Positions 38,875 through 53,440 of a stretch of 64,000 bases of DNA are shown in pieces. The stretch is taken from positions 43,214,001 to 43,278,000 of the forward strand of contig NC_043006.1 of assembly GCF_006345805.1 (NCBI RefSeq), in the 5' to 3' direction. The DNA is from Octopus sinensis. Lineage: Eukaryota. Position 1 is the first letter of the stretch. Each line of letters starts with the position of its first letter. A program made the translations under genes and the position numbers. The notes below the pieces were generated by a model. The model was given only the letters and a program-made list of their open reading frames with translations. It searched no databases and had not been told where the DNA came from.

Positions 38875-39257
38875 TTCTTTTATTCTTTTGTTTGTTTCAG
38901 TAATTTGACTGTGGCCATGGTGGAGCACCACCTTTAGTCGAGCAAATCGACTCCAGGATTTATTCGTTGTAAGCCCAGTACTTATTCTATCAGGGTCTTT
39001 TGCCAAACTGCTAAGTTACAGGGACGTAAACACACCAGGATCAGTTGTCAAGCAATGTTGGAGGGACTAACACAGACACACATACATATATATGACGGGC
39101 TTCTTTCAGTTTCCATCTACCAAATCCACTCACAAGGCTTTGGTCGGCCCGAGCCTATATTAGAAGACACTTGCCCAAGGTGCCACACAGTGGGAATGAA
39201 CCCGGAACCATGTGGTTCATAAGCAAGCTATTTACCACACAGCCACTCCTGCGCCTA
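38875..39257 (-). mobile_element. SINE family A, full length
   Basis: Complete reverse copy. Confidence 0.9.
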
Positions 39258-39770
39258 TATTGTAGATCAAGTATTCATCCTCCAGGGCCAGACTATCAAT
39301 TAAGAATTCTACTGTGATGTTTTGAAGCATTTAAAGGAGGACATTTGCCAAAAACGGTCGGATATGTGGAGTTTGAAGAACAGGATTTTTCATGACAATG
39401 CACCCTGCCATCAAGCTTCCCTCTCTCATGAATTTCTCACCAAAAAACGACAGGGCATCATTTCTGCACCCATGCCAGATTTAGCACCTGAAGACCTCCA
39501 TCTCTTCCTCAAGTTGAAAATGCAGCTCAAAGGTTACTGTTTTAACACCATTGTTGAGATCCAGAGTGAATTGCTGAAGGTCCTCGACTCGCTTACAGAA
39601 AATGACTTCCAGGCTGGATTCCAAGAGTGGCAGGATTGCTGGAACTGGTGTATTGCTGTGCAGAGTGACTCATTCAAAGAAGATGGCATTAAGACTCAGG
39701 TAAAAAAAGTTATTTTTTTATTAAACATAACTAGTCCGGGAACATTTTGGTGCCATCTCTGGTGAGCATA
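39258..39770 (+). mobile_element. Mariner transposase 3' half relic
   Basis: HDNAPCH and PDLAPEDLHLFLKLKMQLKG motifs in ORF 39322-39765; TIR-like AGTCCGGGAAC near 39733. Confidence 0.85.
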
Positions 39771-40229
39771 AAATGATATACCAGCATAAAGACATACATA
39801 TACACACATGCCTGCACGCATACATGCAATCATGCATCGATACATATATAAAGATACAATTTGGGAGTTGTGTTATATGCAAAGGCACATACACAAACAC
39901 ATAATGTATATACATACGCACATAAAAGCACCCACTACACTCTCACAGTGGTTGGCGTTAGGAAGGGCATCCAGCTGTAGAAACTCTGCCAGATCAAGAT
40001 TGGAGCCTGGTGCAGCCATCTGGTTCGCCAGTCCTCAGTCAAATCATCCAGCTCATGCTAGCATGGAAAGCGGACGTTAAATGATGATGATGACGATAAT
40101 GATGACTCACACACACGTGTATATATTCAGACTTTGATATATAATTATTAATGTAAACATTCAATTGGTTAATAGTGCAATATCTGTACACAACCAAAAC
40201 ATATGCACATATTTAAATATGCACCAGGC

Positions 40230-40433
40230 ACACTCAGACATTAATACACATATACATACATAAACACACATAAACACGAACACACACATACCCAAATGCA
40301 TACACACACACTTATACACATATAGCAGTGTATATAAACATATTTAGACGTACACAAACATATATGTATTTGTATAAATACATATATAGACACACAAGTT
40401 CACATACATATACACACATACAAATGTATATAA

Positions 40434-40471
<38 letters not shown>

Positions 40472-41478
40472 GTAGAGACACAAACAAGCTTTTGTGCACT
40501 CATACATACAAACTCATATAGACACTCATACACACACACTCATATACACATTTACACACATAACGGCGTATATAAACATATTTACAAGCATATACACATT
40601 TGTATAAATACATATATATATATACACACAAATTCACATGCACATACACATACAAATGTATATAAATACACACACACACAAACACAAACAAGCTTTCACA
40701 AGCCCACATTCATACACACACTTATGCACACAAGCATACACATAAATGTATTTAAATACGTATACAGTGACACACACTCGTACACACACTAATACACACA
40801 CACACACACAAGTGTATATAGACACACTCACACGAATGCACACACATAAACTCACATACAATTGTATATTAACAGATATACACACAAAAGTATATAACAC
40901 ATACATAATTACACACATCCACACACAAACATGTATACAAACGTATATAAACATACATTCACACACACACACACACACATAACTGTATACTTAGCCACAT
41001 ATTCTCTTCAGGGAGGAAAAATAAGTTTCGTAAAGTTTGTTGTGATAAAAAAATAAAATAAAATAAAATAAAATATAATAAAACAAATAAAAAAAAGGCA
41101 GCTTAAAACACAAAAACACAATGGTTCCATCCAATTTTAATTTCTTTCTTCTCCTAGAACTACGTTCTAGCCAGAGGCAAATGGTAAATGGCGCTAAAGA
41201 ATAATTCATAGGAATTGTATTCTTCCCATTCTTTGTTTATTCTTCTACAAGTTTACGCCAGATTCTTTTGTTTTGTTTTTTTATTGTATATACGTACATA
41301 TGCACATATATATATATATATATATATGTTGTGTGTGTGTATATGTATATATGTATGTGTGTGTATATATATATTATATATGTTGTGTTTGTGTATATGT
41401 ATATATGTATGTATGTGTATATATATATATATATGTTGTGTGTATATATATGTTGTGTGGTGTATATGTATATATGTA

Positions 41479-41524
<46 letters not shown>

Positions 41525-41577
41525 GTTATATATATAGACATATGTACATACAGGGTGTATGTATGTATGTATGTATG

Positions 41578-41608
<31 letters not shown>

Positions 41609-42051
41609 TATATATACACCTATCTATCTATTTATCTCTTTCTCTCTTTTTCTCTCTCTCTCTATATATACACACACACACACACACACATATATGTAAA
41701 TACATAGATATATATACGATTATATCTATATATATATATATGTATATAAAGACACACAGACATGTATATGCAATGTATGTGTGTATATATACATACACAC
41801 TTGTATATATATATGGGTGCATGTGTACATAATTATGTATGATTGTATGTGTGTGAGTCTGCATGTGCGTGTGTGATGGGTGATGAATGTGTGTGCATAT
41901 GTATATGTCCATGTTCGAAGTATCTATGTTTTTAGATCTACATAAGTACACACATATGCACACATACACACATACATACGCATATGTAAAAAGCATATGT
42001 ATACATTTGTGTTTTCATTTACACAGCCATATATTTTATGCATGTATATAG

Positions 42052-42109
<58 letters not shown>

Positions 42110-42340
42110 CCATGTATATTTAGAGAATATATGTATAGACCTATGTGTGAATGTATATGTACAAATGGATGGATGTATGTATGTATATATATATGTATGT
42201 ATGTATGTATATATATATGTGTATATATATATATATGTATATGTATGTATATATATATATGTATGTATATATATATAAGTATGTGTATATATATATATAT
42301 ATATTATATACACACATACAAATGTACATCTAAATACATT
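40230..42340. repeat. Mixed (CA)n/(TA)n/(TG)n/(TATG)n microsatellite field
   Basis: Direct inspection. Confidence 0.9.
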
Positions 42341-43269
42341 CACATGTGTATGTTTATCGGTTATGAATCTGTAGAGGTGTGTGTGTGTGTGTCTAATGGC
42401 GGGGCTGTGCAGATCTTCAATCTTTCAGCCTCTGGGTGTTATGAGAAGTTAATTTTCATTGGATGACTGGTTAACCAATGTCTGATGATCAATTTACCTT
42501 CTGTACTAACATAGTTTATTTTCTGAAAGGACATCTATTGTAACTGAAGCTCTCACTTCTGTATGATATTGTTGTTGTAGTTGAAGTGATTAGTGCTTCA
42601 ATTGCTGCTGTTGTTGTTGTTGTTATTGTTGATAATCGCAGGGGTTTGATGTTTGTTACTAGTTGTTGCTTAGCCCTGAGTTAACCCTGATTGAGCTGAG
42701 ATATGGTCCAATGCATTCCAGTCATAACTATCTTGTCTTTCAACTGGATGAGGTGGGGGGGGGACATAGGGGTTGAACATTTAGATAATAACTTAGAGAC
42801 GATGACACCCCCTCTCTCCTCCTACTCCTACTTCCACTACTACTCCTGTTATTACTCTTATGTCTACTCCTACTCCTTCTCTTAATCCTTCTCCTACTCC
42901 TACATCTCATCATCATCGTCATCGTCCTTATCAACAGCATCATCATCATCATCATCATTTAACGTTCATTGGGGGTTAGATGGTTTCACAGTATCTAAAG
43001 GGCCACAAGATTGTGTCGAACCCCAATATCAGATTGGCATGGTCTTTTTATGGCTGTATGCCCTTCCTATCACTATACATTTTACAGAGTGTAGTGGGTG
43101 CTTTTAACTAGGTACCAGCACCAGTGGGGTCACCAAGTAATTTGCAAGACAGGAAAAGGAAAGGGAAAAATTCCCTCAAATGAGTGAAGGGTATATTTAA
43201 GGAGAGGAAGCAGTTTTATACCAGATGGCAAATGACTAAAATCTGACAGAGGAGATATATGGCTACAGG

Positions 43270-43610
43270 GTAAAAAGTAAAGAGCCCTTTGAAGAGCGCC
43301 ATGAATTATTATGGGATTGCAGCAAGAAAGTTACCCACCAAGGCACAAGTCCAGGTAAGGTTGTTTATGGATGACCAGCAGTCACCCATGAATACCAGCC
43401 TCCCCTATCCATGCCACCGATTTTGTCCAAAGAAAAGCAAAAGCTGATACAGCTTGGCACCAATGATATCACAACTTATTTATAAGGCTGAGTGAACTGA
43501 AGCAATGTGAAATAAAGTGTCTTGCTCAAGAACACAACACACAGGCTGGTCTGGGAATTGAACTCACTACTTCATGATTGTGAGCACGACGCTCTAACCA
43601 CTGAGCCATG
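43270..43610 (-). mobile_element. SINE family C
   Basis: Reverse of 15762-16073. Confidence 0.75.
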
Positions 43611-45534
43611 TGCTGGCTACTCCATACTATATAAGGGTGGGTGTATGTAGCTGTGAAGAAGATGAAGATGGTAGTGATGGGGTTGGCTGGGAAAATTCTC
43701 AAAGTATAAGAAAATAAGCTTAGGTTAGAAGCTCGGGAAGAGAATAAAGTAGCTTCATAAGGGTGAGCAGAGGGTAGAACAAAGAAAAACTGGTACCCTA
43801 TCGGTTACAACATCTAGGGTTTCAATTGATCCCATCAGTGAAAGGAACCTGCTTGTGAAATTTATATGCAAGTGGCTGAGTACAACACAGACACACATAA
43901 CTTTAATGTAGCTCTTAGCATGACACAGAATATGACAGGTTTGACCCTTTCAATTATAGGGACAACGCATTATTGCCAGGTAAATGGACTAGAGCAAGGT
44001 GAAATAAAGTGTCTTGCTGAAGGGCACAATGTGTCACTGAGAATCAAACTCATGACTTTACAACCATGAGGCAAGTATCCTAACTGCTAAGCCACACACC
44101 TTTGCAGAGAGAGTAAAAGATGGTTAGAAGGAGCTTTGGGTCTGGGTTAGAAACCAACTTTCTCTATAAGCAAGAAATCTTCAAATAAAACTGAATAATG
44201 ACATACATATATAAGTACATACATATATATAAATACATACATACACAGGACAGGCTTCTTTCAGTTTTCATCTACCAAACCATTCACAAGGCCTTAATCA
44301 GCCTGACACTAGAGCAGAAGACATGTGTCCAAGGTGCTGTGTAGTGGGCCAGCATCCAAGACCACATGGCTGGGAAGCAATCTTCTTAACCACTCGGTCA
44401 GCTTGTAATCATGATATTTGTGCTGCTGCTGCTGCTGCTGCTGGTGTTGTTGTTGTTGTTGTTGTTGATAGAGGAGTGGATGGTGGTGGTGTTTTTTTCT
44501 TCTTTTTCTTTTCATACTTATGTTGTAGAGTAGTTTCGTTTGTCCAAGCTGGCCTATGGCTTTGATATTCTTCATCAACCATTTCTGAAGAAACCCCTTG
44601 AAAATGTTATAACCAGGCATCATTCAGTCTGATATGTAAGTTATACCATATATTTAGATATCGTATGCGAATTTGCAGGCAACAGTTCGTGGTTAGCACA
44701 GGGCAATCTGATCTTGATCATGTTTCAGTATTTATAGAGGTCTTGGTGGTGTCTCTTGCGGAAGCAGGTAAGATAAATTTAGTTATTTCGTGGTAGCATT
44801 AGTTCCTTGGTTTTTATTATAAGAATGGTGACAACCTATCACTGAGTTTCAACATAAATAGGAAATTGATTTTCAGGCTATTTTGGTATTTCTGTATGTT
44901 TATGTTGTTGGGGTCAGAGTGAGGTGACTGGACTCTTAGAATGGTTTTCTAGTAATGTTGTAATGTGATGTTAACATGTCTAAATGTTTGCAAGTGCGTG
45001 TTATGTACGTATTGTGTGCATGTGTTTGTATATGTGTGTGTAAGGGATCCCTCAAAATAGAAACATTCTAAGTCTACATGACACTTATCTCTCACTCCTT
45101 CTCTCTCTCTCTCTCTCTCTTCTCTATCTATCTATCTATCTCTCTTTCTATCTCTTACACTAATACCTGTAATCTTCATTTGAACATGAATCCCATTTAC
45201 TACATCCTACAACAAACAATCATCCTACAATCTTCAGAGGTGTAAGTAAAATCTATGCTAAATATGGCACCACCTGAGTTTCCCCACCCCATAATCCACC
45301 CCACCCTGTTCCCTATACAGGTTTATTCAGCAGACCCTAAAGTGCCAGCCAGGCACATCATTCCCCTCCCCATCTAGCTATGCTACTGACTTTTCTTTCA
45401 TTCTCTCTGAGATGGAGATATACAACTATTTTTAGCCATTTGTGTCATTCGAATTCTATCTTCTCTTCATAAATTTTACTAATAATAATGTCTAACCTCA
45501 AATAGAATTTACTTTCTTCAATATTCTCTGAAAT

Positions 45535-45905
45535 TTAAGGCAGTGAGCTGGCAGAAATGTTAGCATGCCAGGCGAAATGCTTAGCAGTATTTCATCTGTC
45601 TTTACATTCTGAGTTTAAATTCTGCTGAGGTCGACTTTGCCTTTCATCCTTTTGGGGTCGATAAATTAAGTACCAGCTGTGTACTGGGGTCGATCTAATT
45701 GACTAGCCCCCTCCCCAAAAATTTCGGGCCTTGTGCCTAGAGTAGAAAAGGCTATTCTCTGTCGTTTGAAGGTGGCGAGCTGAGTTCAAATTCCACCGAG
45801 ATCGACTTTGCCTATCAACCTTTCAGGGTCGATGAATTAAGTACCAGTTGCATACTGGCCCCCTTCCCCAAAATTTCAGGTGTTGTGCTTAGAATAGAAA
45901 GGAAT
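45535..45905 (+). mobile_element. Two tandem SINE B copies
   Basis: Heads near 45535 and 45770 (second internally deleted). Confidence 0.8.
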
Positions 45906-46189
45906 ATTCTCTGTCATTTGGATTTTAACAATAAAGACACCACAATATCCGAATTCTTCTTAATTCATCTAGGTTCGTAATTAGATCTTACCCCTTTATT
46001 CATAATAATTCCTTAATTTTTTATTTATTATTGTCATTAGACTGCAGCCATCCTGGGGCACCTACCTCTCAAATCTCTAGTATAGTGATTCTCTACCATT
46101 TTTTCCCTATGGGCTCCTGTGATTCCTACTTTACTCAGGGGTTGGGACCCTCAATGCCATTCAATGTCTAAAAACTCATATTTTCCTAA

Positions 46190-46701
46190 CCACATGGTTC
46201 TGGGTTCAGTCCTACTGCATGGCACTTTGGGCAAGTGTCTTCTACTATAGCCTCAGACTGACCAAAGCCTTGTGAGTGGATTTGATACACAGAAACTGAA
46301 AGAAGCCCCTCTTATATATATATATATATATATTATATAATAATATCAGGGTAAGAAAAATTTTTAGAAATTTTAACTACCAGTGGTCTAGTGTGTAGAT
46401 TAGTCAATAGACTATATATTATTCATATAAATACAGTGTACATTTAAACATATAAGAGGTACCCATCATAGGATACCTGGCATGCTAGAAGGAATAGCCA
46501 AAGTCTATAGAGTCAGAAACCATGGTCCAGGAGATAGATGGTAAATGTTTTTTTATTTTTCATTCCCTTCGAAATTTATCCCTTAATATTGGTTTGGATT
46601 TTGGCTATTTTTTCTAACGAGTCAGGTATCCTATGATGGGTACCTCTTATGTGTTTAAATGTACGTTGTATCTATATATATATGTGTGTGTGTGTATGTA
46701 T

Positions 46702-46740
<39 letters not shown>

Positions 46741-46975
46741 TCTTTATATCTATGCTTGTCCCCCACCACCGCTTGACGACTGGTATTGATGTGTTTACTT
46801 CCCCTGTAACTCAGTGGTTCAGCAAAGAGAGACCATTAGACTAATTACCAGGCTTAAAAAAAATAAATTAAAATAAGTCCTGGGGTAAATTTGTTGAACT
46901 AAAAAAAACCCTTCAAGGTGGTGCCCCAGCATGACCACAGTCAAATGCCTGAAACAAGTAAAAGAATAAAAGAAT
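46190..46975 (+). mobile_element. SINE family A split by a fold-back insertion
   Basis: Head ~46190-46312, tail ~46680-46975. Confidence 0.8.
46431..46671. repeat. Fold-back, ~72 bp arms
   Basis: 46431-46502 versus 46600-46671; loop contains GAAAC-CATG-GTC-cagg. Confidence 0.9.
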
Positions 46976-46983
46976 ATATATTA

Positions 46984-47310
46984 TTGCTGAGACCCCCTTC
47001 GGTCATGACTGACCATGGAATTGCGCCAAGAAAGTTACCCTCCGAGGGCACAAGTCCGGCAGGGTTGTTTATGGAAGACCAGCAGTCGCCCATGCATACC
47101 GGCCTCCTCTCTCCACGCCACCAGTGTTATCCAAGGGAAAGGCAAAGGGGCTAATACAGCTTGGCACCTGTGACGTCGCAACTCATTTCTACAACTGAGT
47201 GAACTGGAGGAACGTGAAATAAAGTGTCTTGCTCAAGAACACAACATGCAGCCCGGTCCGGGATTCGAACTCACAACCCCACGATTGTAAGTTCAACACT
47301 CTAACCTTCA
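46984..47310 (-). mobile_element. SINE family C
   Basis: Reverse copy. Confidence 0.85.
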
Positions 47311-47779
47311 CATATATTATTAGGAACCGTATAAAAGAAATTAAGATATTTTGTGTATTGTAAAAATTTAACCAATCTACTGCACATAAATTTCAACAAA
47401 ATCTTATATGGACCCAGAAGGGCCATATGGACCCTAGTTGAGAACCATTGATCTGACCATTTACCATACATCAAAAACGTCCACCTCTGTTCTTCTGGAG
47501 ATAATTATTCTTGTCAATGCAAACAACTCGTTCTAAATTCCTCATTCTTGAGACGGAAAGATTGCAATATTTGACATGAGCTGGAAAAGGAAATTTCCTG
47601 AAGGAAATTTGTTGAAAGTATACTAATTAAGAAATGTGGAGAATGCTGCTTTATGTTCCAGAGTATTTACTTACTGAGCCATTATGGGTGAAGGAAGTGG
47701 TAGCTTGGAGGACACTGCAAAAATTATTTGAAACTCTTTTATAACAAGAGACGTGATTGCACAACTGCAGTTTATGGGA

Positions 47780-48028
47780 AATGAAAGTCTGCTGGCGATG
47801 GTCAGCGTCACCACTACCACCACTGCTACCAGTGCCGCTACCACCACCATCAGCTGTGACAGTGGTGGTGGTGGTAGTTGCTACCATCACTATTGTCACC
47901 ACCACCACACCGTCATCGTGGTTGCCGTCGTCAATTGCTGTCATCGTCATCGTCATCATTATCTCCATTATTGTCGTCGTCACCATCATCACAATCCTTC
48001 ATCACCATCATCATCATCTTCATCATCG

Positions 48029-48066
<38 letters not shown>

Positions 48067-48076
48067 TTCATCATCG

Positions 48077-48124
<48 letters not shown>

Positions 48125-48156
48125 CTATTATTATCACCACCATCACCATCATCATC

Positions 48157-48188
<32 letters not shown>

Positions 48189-48370
48189 CCCCATCACCAT
48201 CATCATCACCACCATCATCATCATCATCATCATCACCATCATCATCACCATCACCATCATCATCACCATCACCATCATCATCACGAACAACACCATGATC
48301 ATCATCATCATCATCATCACCATCATCATCACCACCATCATCATCATCATCAATATCATCATCATCATAG
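47780..48370. repeat. (CAT/CAC)n trinucleotide tract
   Basis: Direct inspection; gives poly-His/Ser/Ile ORFs. Confidence 0.95.
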
Positions 48371-48635
48371 TTACCATTGTCAGTGTCATCTTCATTTTAA
48401 TGCCCACATTTCCGTGCTTACCTGGGTTACATGGAATTTGTTAAGGTAGGTTTCCTATGACCTGATTACCCTATTCTCACCCGTTTCCAGAGAAAGGTAA
48501 TATTTTCCCATGGCTAGAAATACTCTTCACTAGAAACCAATGACATTGCCTGAATGAGGGCCACACTTGTCTAGAGTCACCATGTGATGCTAAGGCAAGA
48601 ACACACATGCTCAAACACACACACACTCTCATGCA

Positions 48636-48678
<43 letters not shown>

Positions 48679-49974
48679 CACACACACACACACACACACA
48701 CTCACACACACACAGAAAATATATCTCAATACAGCCATGTTTTGCAACTGGTAAGTTTTCAGATAATCTCCTTCTCGTTAATGCTCATGGTTTACCTGGA
48801 CAGGTAAAAACCATAGTCTCAGCACCACCGTTTGAGGATACCTGATGAAAGACTTCTGCAGTTGTAGTGTGTATGTATGTGTGTGTGTGTGTGTGTTAGA
48901 GCTTAGCACAACTCCTCTGGCTTGCCAACTCTTGTTTAACCGTCCAACCCATGCCAGCATGGAAAATGGATATTCAACAGGCTTCTTTCAGTTTCCATCA
49001 ACCGAATCCTCAGGTGCCATGCAGGGGACTGAACTCAGAACCATGTGGGCTTTCATTTATTTATGCGTGTGTGAGTGTGTGTGTGTGCCTTTATGTGTGT
49101 ATGTGTGTGTGTGTGTGTGTATGTGCATGTATGGATATGTATGCATGTATGGATATGTGTGTGTGTATACATAAATACGTGTATGTATACATGTATATAT
49201 ATGTGTGTGTATATATATGTATGTATGCATGTATATATATATATATATACACATATAATATGTGTGTGTGTGTGTGTGCGTGTGTGTGCATGTGTATCTC
49301 CATGTGTATGTATTTATGTGTATATAAATATGATGGGCTTCTTTCAGTTTTCATCTACCAAATCCACTCACAAGGCTTTAGTTAGTGCAAGGCTATAGCA
49401 GAAGACACTTGCCCAAGGTACCGCACAATGGGACTGAACCTGGAATCATGTAGTTGGGAAGCAAGCTTCATACCACACAGCCATGTATGCATCTGTACAC
49501 ATCTATATATTTATATATCCAGCAAACGTAATAACCTGTGAATGACAACTGAGATTTCTCTGTCTCTGTCTTTTTCTTTCTCTCTCTCTCTCTCCCCTTT
49601 TTCCTCTCTCATACTCTTTCCTTTCTACTATGAAGACTACCTCACATGCAGGAAAAATAAAAGACACATAACAACAATCACAATGAAAAATGTCCTCCCA
49701 TGTTATTTTTAACCTTAGGGCCACCGTGTACCATTAAACCATTAATGTGACTTATGTCATTTGAATAGTTCAATTAAGGTACGACACAAAAATTTCTCTT
49801 CATATAGTTTATTTCCTTCAATCCATAGGATGCTCGCTGGCAGCTAATAGAAACCGCATGGCAGATCATGCAGCAACGGGCACTAAAACAATAATATCCA
49901 GAACTATGAAAGGTTGAAGTCAACCACTTCGTATATTAGCGAGTAGTTGATTCTTTCTTCTCGCAACAAGCTCT

Positions 49975-50560
49975 TTACTCTTACTCTCTTTCACTTGTTT
50001 CAGTCATTTGACTGCGGCCATGCTGGAGCATCACATTTAGTCGAAACAACTCGACTCCGGGACTTATTCTTTGTAAGCCTAGTACTTACTCTATCGGTAT
50101 CTTTTGCCAAACTGCTAAGTTACGGGGATGTAAACACACTAGCATCGGTTGTCAAGCGAAGCTGGGGGACAAACATACACACACACACACATATCATCAT
50201 CATCATCATCATCATCGTTTAACGTCCGCTTTCCATGCTAGAATGGGTTGGACGATTTGACTGAGGTCTGGCGAACCAGATGGCTGCACCAGGCCCCAAT
50301 CTGATCTGGCAGAGTTTCTACAGCTGGATGCCCTTCCTAATGCCAACCACTCCGAGAGTGTAGCAGGTGCTTTTATGTGCCAACGGGCTTCTTTCAGTTT
50401 CCGTCTACCAAATCCACTCACAAGGCTTTGGTCGGTCCAAGGCTATAGTAGAAGACACTTGCCCATGGTGCCACACAGTGGGACTGAACCCAGAACCATG
50501 TGGTTTGTAAGCAAGCTACTTACTACACAGCCACTCCTGCTCTATGTTTTTTGAACATGG
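49975..50560 (-). mobile_element. SINE family A with a family D insertion (50195-50381)
   Basis: A tail ~49975-50190, D fragment, A head ~50385-50560. Confidence 0.8.
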
Positions 50561-51648
50561 TCATAAATGTAGGTCTGGCTATATGGATAAGAAGGTTGCT
50601 TCCCAAATATGTAATCTTGGTTCAGTCCCAGTGCACGGCACTTTGGACAAATGACTTCTGTGATAGCTCCAGATCATCCAAAAAGTCATGTGTTAATATG
50701 TGTGTGTGTGCATTCTTTTATTTCTTTCAGTCATTTGACAGTGGCCATGCTGGAGCACCGCCTTTAGCTGAACAAATCGACCCCAGGACTTATTCTTTAT
50801 AAGCCTATTGCTTATTCTATCAGTATCTTTTGTTAAATGGCTAAGTTACGGGGATATAGACATACTAACATTGGTTGTCAAGCGATAATGGGGAGACAAA
50901 CACAGACACACAAACATATACATATACATATATCTGTATATATAAAAAGCAGGATGTGTGTGTGTGTATGTGTAAATGTATGTAAATGTAATTTATGCAT
51001 GTCTACAAATTAGCACACATGTCACTCCAATTTTAGGAGGACATTCGTCATGACCCTAGCTGTATTTTCGTCAAATTATTTTTCCCGAGGTACCCGCAGG
51101 TAGTGGTAAAAATCGATTTTCAACCTTAACTTTTACCAATTTTGAAGTTTGCTAACATCAGTTAAGTCCCTTCTTGTCATAGCGAAGTGAAAATCTGTGT
51201 TTATGTGAGGGAGAGAGAGAGAAGTTGTGTTGATTTATGTGTGTGTGTGTGTGTGTGTGTGTGAGGTAGAAAGAAGTTATGTGTTGATGTATGTGTGTGA
51301 GGGAGAGAGAGTATTTGACAGCATTCACCAAAAATAAAAATGTAAAATGTTTTTGTTTTCTTAAACACGAGATATAGTATTCAAATTTAGGATGTTTTTG
51401 AAAGACACTATATTTTATAATCAGATTATATATACTTTCTCACACAACAATTAAAATATATTTATTTTAAATCATTCATCTTTCTCTCCCGCTCTCTCAT
51501 ACACATTACTTTGGGCACGAAAGAGTTTTGTTTTTATTTTACGCTGAGGAAAATGTATTTTGTTGAGAATCCATTTATTTAACAACATAAAACAAAGAGG
51601 TAGGTAACAATTTGTCAGTGAATTACACAATATAAATGGGTAAAATTT

Positions 51649-52067
51649 CCGAGGCTCCACCACACCACACCCCGTTTCTCAGACCACAAAAAGGGTTTTG
51701 TAACATATTAGGAGGCCAGGGTAGTTGATTCCATGCAAAAAATCCGATTTATTTTCTTAGTGAAAATCATGTGAGTGTTATCTAAAAATTTGCCTGGAGA
51801 TTTTCATGGTAAATTTGAGATTTAAAAAAATGTTTTCCATATTCTTAATCTTCGTATTTTTCCACATACATTGAAAAATAGATAGCAAAAAGATCAATGG
51901 GTGTGGGGGGTGAAATTTCTGAGGCTTCCACCACACCACACCCCATTTTTCGGACCACAAAAACGGTTTTGTAGCATATTAGGAGGCCAAGGTAGTTGAT
52001 TCCACACAAAAAATCCAATTTTTTTCTCTTAGTGAAAAGCGTGCAAGTGTTAATCTAAAAATTTACC
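51649..52067. repeat. Direct repeat, ~147 bp units at ~270 bp period
   Basis: GAGGCT(T)CCACCACACCACACCCC...TTAGGAGGCCA.GGTAGTTGATTCC...TCTAAAAATTT at 51649 and 51919. Confidence 0.8.
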
Positions 52068-52176
52068 AACCTTTTTTCCATTCATTTCTGTTTATGAAAT
52101 TCTCTGTACATAATTTAGCTTTATCGGTGGTCAAGGCAAATGATGACTGGCAAAGCAACAGTGCCCTAATGCTGAG

Positions 52177-52712
52177 ATTGGATACAAAGACCTGATCTAC
52201 AATAATGTGCTGATTGAAATCGAGGATGCCCTGTTCAAAATGGGTGGGATGACATTGAACACATTCGGTTTGCCATCCTCATTGCGACAGGACGTTAACA
52301 CACTCCCACCAAAGTTACTTCTGGAGTTGTCATATGACGCTGATGGCCTTGTAGAGTACCTGAGAGTAAATGAACCAAAACTGCTCCCTGATCAGAGGCT
52401 GGTGTACAAAACAGTCATCAGTGCTGTTGAAAAACAGGCGGGCAGCATTTTTTTCCTCGATGCTTTGTAACACAATTAATACTTACTAAGATTCATCGCG
52501 AGAAACAAATTGCACTAGCCATTGCTTCCTCGGGAATCGCTGCTATGTTATTGCTGGGAGGTAGGACGGCACACTTGGCATTCAAGCTGCCTTTACATTT
52601 GGTGAAGGCCGAGGTTCCTACTTGCAACATTGGCAAAAAATTCAGTGGAAGCTGAAGTTCTTAGACAGTGCCATCTCATTATATGGGACAAATGCACAAT
52701 GACCAATAAGGG
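52177..52712 (+). pseudogene. Helitron-type Pif1 helicase relic
   Basis: IYNNVLIEIEDAL...FGLP...NEPKLLPDQRLVYKTVISAV...IFFLDA then FVTQLIL...IALAIASSGIAAMLLLGGRTAHLAFKLPL...TCNI...LIIWDKCTM; Walker A absent, frameshifts. Confidence 0.85.
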
Positions 52713-52934
52713 TACTGAAGAGGACCCAGTTGCCACAACAGAATCGATACCAGTGCTAGTGCCACTGAAAAAAGACTCCTGTGTGTGCCATATTAAAAAC
52801 ACCCAGTACATCTGATGGAGTAATTGGCATTAGGAAGGGCATCCAGTCATAGAAACCATGCGAGAACAGACAATGGGATGTGGTACAGTCCCTGTCAAAC
52901 CGTCTAACTCAAACCAGCATGGAAAAACAGATGT

Positions 52935-53150
52935 TAAATGATGATGGTGATGATGATGATGATGATGATGATGATGACAACAATGATGATGGCGACAACG
53001 ACGACAATGGTGAGGAGAAAGAGGACGACGACAACGATGGTGATGATGATGATGCTGAGGAGGAGGAGGAGGACGACAACGATGGCAACGACGATGACAA
53101 CAGTGATGATGATGACAACAACGATGACAGCAATGATGATATACACATAT
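52935..53150. repeat. (GAT/GAC)n tract at the tail of a family D copy
   Basis: Direct inspection. Confidence 0.9.
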
Positions 53151-53249
53151 GATGGTCACTCCCCTTGATTCCAATGTATGAGTGTTTTAAGTGGAGGATT
53201 TTAAAAAAAAAACGAAAAACAGGAAAAAAGGCAGCTTTAAAAATAAAAG

Positions 53250-53440
53250 AAGCGAATTCCATTTGCCATGGTTGAACGAATGTAATTTGAGTCCAAGAAT
53301 GGATTTTGCTATGATGTCACACTGTGGACATTCATGGTTTTGATTTTGCCTGAGATTGGACAAATGTTTCTGTTGATTGCAGGATATAATTCTTTTCTTC
53401 TGTTTCTTCAACTCAATATCTTTCCAGCCTTATTATTTAA
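53250..53440 (-). mobile_element. Single C2H2-type motif, probably an RTE-like LINE C-terminus relic
   Basis: CPQCDIIAKSILGLKLHSFNH (C-x2-C-x12-H-x3-H, 53268-53330) preceded by a K/R-rich stretch; in-frame stops upstream and no splice sites. Confidence 0.45.

Noticed and set aside
42498-42522. 25-nt minus-strand microexon (KINYVSTE)
   Set aside because: Not frame-preserving; within chance expectation.
44560-45420. Possible PLE GIY-YIG/3' relics (also ~35130-35340)
   Set aside because: Too decayed to recover diagnostic motifs by eye.
47757-48449. 230-aa His-rich ORF
   Set aside because: Pure (CAT/CAC)n expansion, open in several frames, with no splice or start context.
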